A DNA stretch of 35,607 nt, taken from positions 1 through 35,607 of the IMG/VR virus record IMGVR_UViG_3300030059_002847. One strand, given 5' to 3'. Each line of letters starts with the position of its first letter. Within the stretch, counting starts at the first letter, position 1. The stretch is from a virus (lineage: Duplodnaviria > Caudoviricetes). The position numbers and the translations under genes were made by a program. The notes under the pieces are model-generated. The model made no database searches, was not told the DNA's origin, and saw only the letters and a list, made by a program, of their open reading frames with translations. Of this stretch, positions 32,684 to 35,607 are shown one piece after another.

Positions 32684-35607
32684 ATGGCAAATTTCGCTGA
32701 ACTCGTCCTGATGGCGAGAACCGACAGTCTGCGCCGCGCGCGGGGCGATCTGCGCGACCTGACGCAAGAAGGCGAGCGCACTGAAACACGGACCCGCAAG
32801 GCCATGGGCGGCATCGGGTCGGCGGCAAAGGTCGCGGGCGCTGCACTTGTCGCTCTGGGGGCTGTTTCTTGGGCCTCCAACGGCATTCAGCAGGCGCGGG
32901 CATACGGCGCTGCCATGGCCGAGGTTTCTACGCTGATCGAGGGCACGCCCGCGCAAATGAAGGCGGCGGAAACGGCAACTCGCAACTTCGCCAAGGCATA
33001 CGGGACCAGCGCCACGCAGCAGGCAAAGGCGTACTATCAAGCCGTTTCGGGCGGCGCGGCGGCTGGCGCAGAAGCCACAAAGCTGCTGGACACGGCGAAC
33101 CGGCTGGCAATCGCAGGCGTCACGGACGTTGCATCGGCTGTAGGCATCCTGACCAGTGCTACGAACGTCTATGCGGACAGCGGCCTGACAGCGGCAGAGG
33201 CGTCTGACGCGCTGTTTATCGCGGTGCGCGCTGGTGTGACCACGATTCCCGAACTGTCGGCGTCGCTGGGGCAGGTTCTGCCATTGGCTCAAAAGCTGGG
33301 ATTGAGCTTTGACGAAGTAGCAGCGGCCACGGCGGCGCTCACAAAGGGCGGTATCAACACCTCTGAGAGCGTCACGGGCATCAATGCCGCGCTGACCTCG
33401 ATCATCGGCCCGAGCAAGCAGGCCAGCGACTTGGCAGAATCGTTGGGGCTTGAGTTCAATTCAGCCGCTCTTGAGACAAAAGGTTTCGCGCAGTTCATGG
33501 CGGACGCCGTGACCGCCACAGGCGGCGGCGCGGACGCTATGCGCACGCTGTTCGGCAGCACCGAGGCGACAAAGGTTGCCCTTGCCCTTGCTGGCACCGC
33601 TGGCGCGGACATGAACGCAATCCTTGACGAAATGAAGAATAAACTTGGGGCGACCGACACGGCATTTTTCAAAATGTCTGAGGACATGGATCAGCGGCTC
33701 AAGGTTGTGCAGTCGCGGTTTGCGGATCTGCAAATCGGCGTGGGTGATGCGCTCTTGACCGTGCTCGTTCCGGTGATGGAGAAGGCAGCGGACGCGGCGA
33801 CCGCATTTGCGAACGCGATTCCTGTTGAGCAGATCAGCGCGGCGGCAGCGGCCTTGATGGGCTGGTCTGGCCTAGATGAAACCGCAATGGCAATCGGTGC
33901 GGTGGCAGCGGCGGCGGCTCTTGCGGCGTCCCCGTTCTTGGCAATGACTGCGGCGGTCGCGGGCGTCACGGCGGCGGGCGTCTACCTCTACACCAACTGG
34001 GAAGAGATCAGCGCCAAGTTTCCGGGCATCACCGGCGCGCTTGCTGCTGCGTTCGATCTGGTCACAGCATCATTCAGCGCAATCATGCCAGTAGCGCAGG
34101 CCGTTGGGGAGTTTGTCGTCGCGCAGATCACTTCCATGGTGGCCGTGGTGGACGCGCTTCTGAACGGTGACTGGGCAGGCGCATGGACAGCGGCAAAGGA
34201 ATACGTGACGCGCCCGCTGGATGCCGCCGTGGCCTTCGTTGTGGATTTTGCCGCAAACATTTTGCAGACCATCAAGGATCTGGCATCAAACGTCCTAACC
34301 GCTGCGAAAGATATCGGCAACAACATCGTTGCGGGCATCACCGGCAGCATCAAGGCCAAGGCCGCGGATATAAAAAACTCCGTGACCAGCTTGGGGGCTG
34401 GGATGCTGGATGGATTGAAAAACAAACTTGGCATTCAATCTCCATCGCGTGAGTTCATGAAACTTGGCGTTCACAGCGTAGACGGGTTGATCGTGGGCAT
34501 GGACCGCCAGACCGGCGCGCTTGTCGAGCAGGTGACACAGACCGGCGAGGCCGCATTGGCGGCAGCAGACCAGACGCTCGCGCAGGGCTTCGGCTCCATG
34601 GTCGATTACATGATCGACGGCTTCAAAGGCGGCATGTCCGGGCTTGTGGATATATTCAAGAACACGCTCAAGACGCTTGCGACAACCGCAATCAATAACA
34701 AAATCATCATTCCGATGGTCGCGGCACTCACCGGCGGCGGGGCAACAGCAGCGGCAGCAGGGCAGGTAGTGGGCGCAGCGCCCGGTGGCGGCATCCTAAG
34801 CGGTTTGGGGAGCCTAGCGGGTGGCAAAGGAATACTTGGGAGCATTGCAGAACAAGGCATTTTCGGCACAACCGGCATTTTCGGCTCTATCGGGTCCAGC
34901 ATCGGGACCAGCATCAGCGGCATTCTGGGCGGGGCTAACTCTGCCATTGCAACATCGCTGGGTAGCCTTGGCGCTACCCTTGGCTCTATCGTGCCGATCA
35001 TCGGCATTGCGGCGGCGGCTTTCTCATTCTTCAAAAAGAAAACCGAGGTTCTGGCAGCGGGCATCCGCGTCACGATTACCGACTTGGACGCGGTTATCCA
35101 GTCGTTCGAGACGGTCAAAACTACGCGGTTCTGGGGCTTGTCGAAAAAAGTAAGCACTTCGCTTACGGACATGGAAGCCCGCGCAGCAGAGCCTTTCATC
35201 GCAGCAATCGACGGCATTGTTGACGGTATCGAAGCGGCTACGGCAAACCTCGGGCTGAACAGCAGCAAACTTGCGACATTTGATTTCACCTTTGACGTGG
35301 ACACGCGCGGTAAGAGCCAGGAGGAAGTGCAGAAGCTTCTGGAATCCGAAATGCGGATCTTTGCAGACGCGGCTGTTGACACGCTGGTCGGAACCTTCAC
35401 CGAGGTCATCAAGGATCAAGACCTAATCAACGAACTGACGCAGGCCGTGCAGCAGCAGAGCGACCGCACGCCCTACGGCGGCGGAGCGAAGGGTGCAGAA
35501 CTAGCAGCAGCGCAGGCCGGTACGGTTGTCGAGCACTTTAGCGAAGTAGGCGAACTGTTTGAGGAACTGCGGAAGGTAGGCGAGGGCACCAGCGATACGC
35601 TACAGCG
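32684..35607 (+). CDS. Tail tape measure protein (TP901-like core), truncated by window end
   Basis: ATG 32684 (MANFAELVL) with SD AAGGA; long Ala/Gly-rich frame with LGI.SPSR motif; omitted from ORF track because no stop in window. Confidence 0.88.
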   Translation, partial: MANFAELVLMARTDSLRRARGDLRDLTQEGERTETRTRKAMGGIGSAAKVAGAALVALGAVSWASNGIQQARAYGAAMAEVSTLIEGTPAQMKAAETATRNFAKAYGTSATQQAKAYYQAVSGGAAAGAEATKLLDTANRLAIAGVTDVASAVGILTSATNVYADSGLTAAEASDALFIAVRAGVTTIPELSASLGQVLPLAQKLGLSFDEVAAATAALTKGGINTSESVTGINAALTSIIGPSKQASDLAESLGLEFNSAALETKGFAQFMADAVTATGGGADAMRTLFGSTEATKVALALAGTAGADMNAILDEMKNKLGATDTAFFKMSEDMDQRLKVVQSRFADLQIGVGDALLTVLVPVMEKAADAATAFANAIPVEQISAAAAALMGWSGLDETAMAIGAVAAAAALAASPFLAMTAAVAGVTAAGVYLYTNWEEISAKFPGITGALAAAFDLVTASFSAIMPVAQAVGEFVVAQITSMVAVVDALLNGDWAGAWTAAKEYVTRPLDAAVAFVVDFAANILQTIKDLASNVLTAAKDIGNNIVAGITGSIKAKAADIKNSVTSLGAGMLDGLKNKLGIQSPSREFMKLGVHSVDGLIVGMDRQTGALVEQVTQTGEAALAAADQTLAQGFGSMVDYMIDGFKGGMSGLVDIFKNTLKTLATTAINNKIIIPMVAALTGGGATAAAAGQVVGAAPGGGILSGLGSLAGGKGILGSIAEQGIFGTTGIFGSIGSSIGTSISGILGGANSAIATSLGSLGATLGSIVPIIGIAAAAFSFFKKKTEVLAAGIRVTITDLDAVIQSFETVKTTRFWGLSKKVSTSLTDMEARAAEPFIAAIDGIVDGIEAATANLGLNSSKLATFDFTFDVDTRGKSQEEVQKLLESEMRIFADAAVDTLVGTFTEVIKDQDLINELTQAVQQQSDRTPYGGGAKGAELAAAQAGTVVEHFSEVGELFEELRKVGEGTSDTLQ

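Larger units (their letters stand above)
1..35607. mobile_element. Temperate siphovirus-type phage genome segment (attP configuration)
   Basis: Lysis, integrase/att, cI/cro, replication, terminase, head and tail modules in lambdoid order; no host housekeeping genes. Confidence 0.95.

Noticed and set aside
32618-35419. Several long minus-strand ORFs
   Set aside because: Shadows of the tape measure gene, which the track omits for lack of a stop codon.
21958-35607. Gene transfer agent cluster
   Set aside because: Head genes are not the RcGTA HK97-type portal/protease set, and integrase, repressor and replication modules are present.

Overview
About 35.6 kb of a temperate long-tailed (siphovirus-type) phage genome, most likely infecting an alphaproteobacterium of the Rhodobacteraceae/Roseobacter group (inferred from the SSB sequence style, high GC and the tRNA-Arg(CCG) att core). 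Gene order: lysis cassette (+); accessory leftward genes; attP (3' part of tRNA-Arg(CCG) with integrase arm repeats); integrase/excisionase; early-left operon (HNH proteins, NinB-like, SSB, Rad52/Sak-like recombinase, two nucleotidyltransferase-fold proteins); cI/cro switch with five TGTGA-N4-TCACA-type operators; early-right operon (split C5 methyltransferase with a nested out-of-frame second subunit, two ParB/Srx-fold proteins, RusA-like, DUF1376 replication initiator with iterons); late operon (terminase, portal, head, neck, tail, frameshifted tail chaperone, tape measure running off the end). Phage genes on both sides of a partial tRNA imply the excised/virion (attP) form. The least explained signals are two ~130-nt structured non-coding repeats after the lysis genes, a GGUUCC/GGAACC pseudoknot-like leader before the tail chaperone, the two nucleotidyltransferases, and several genes bracketed by direct repeats. 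All calls come from motif recognition by eye; no database search was run.
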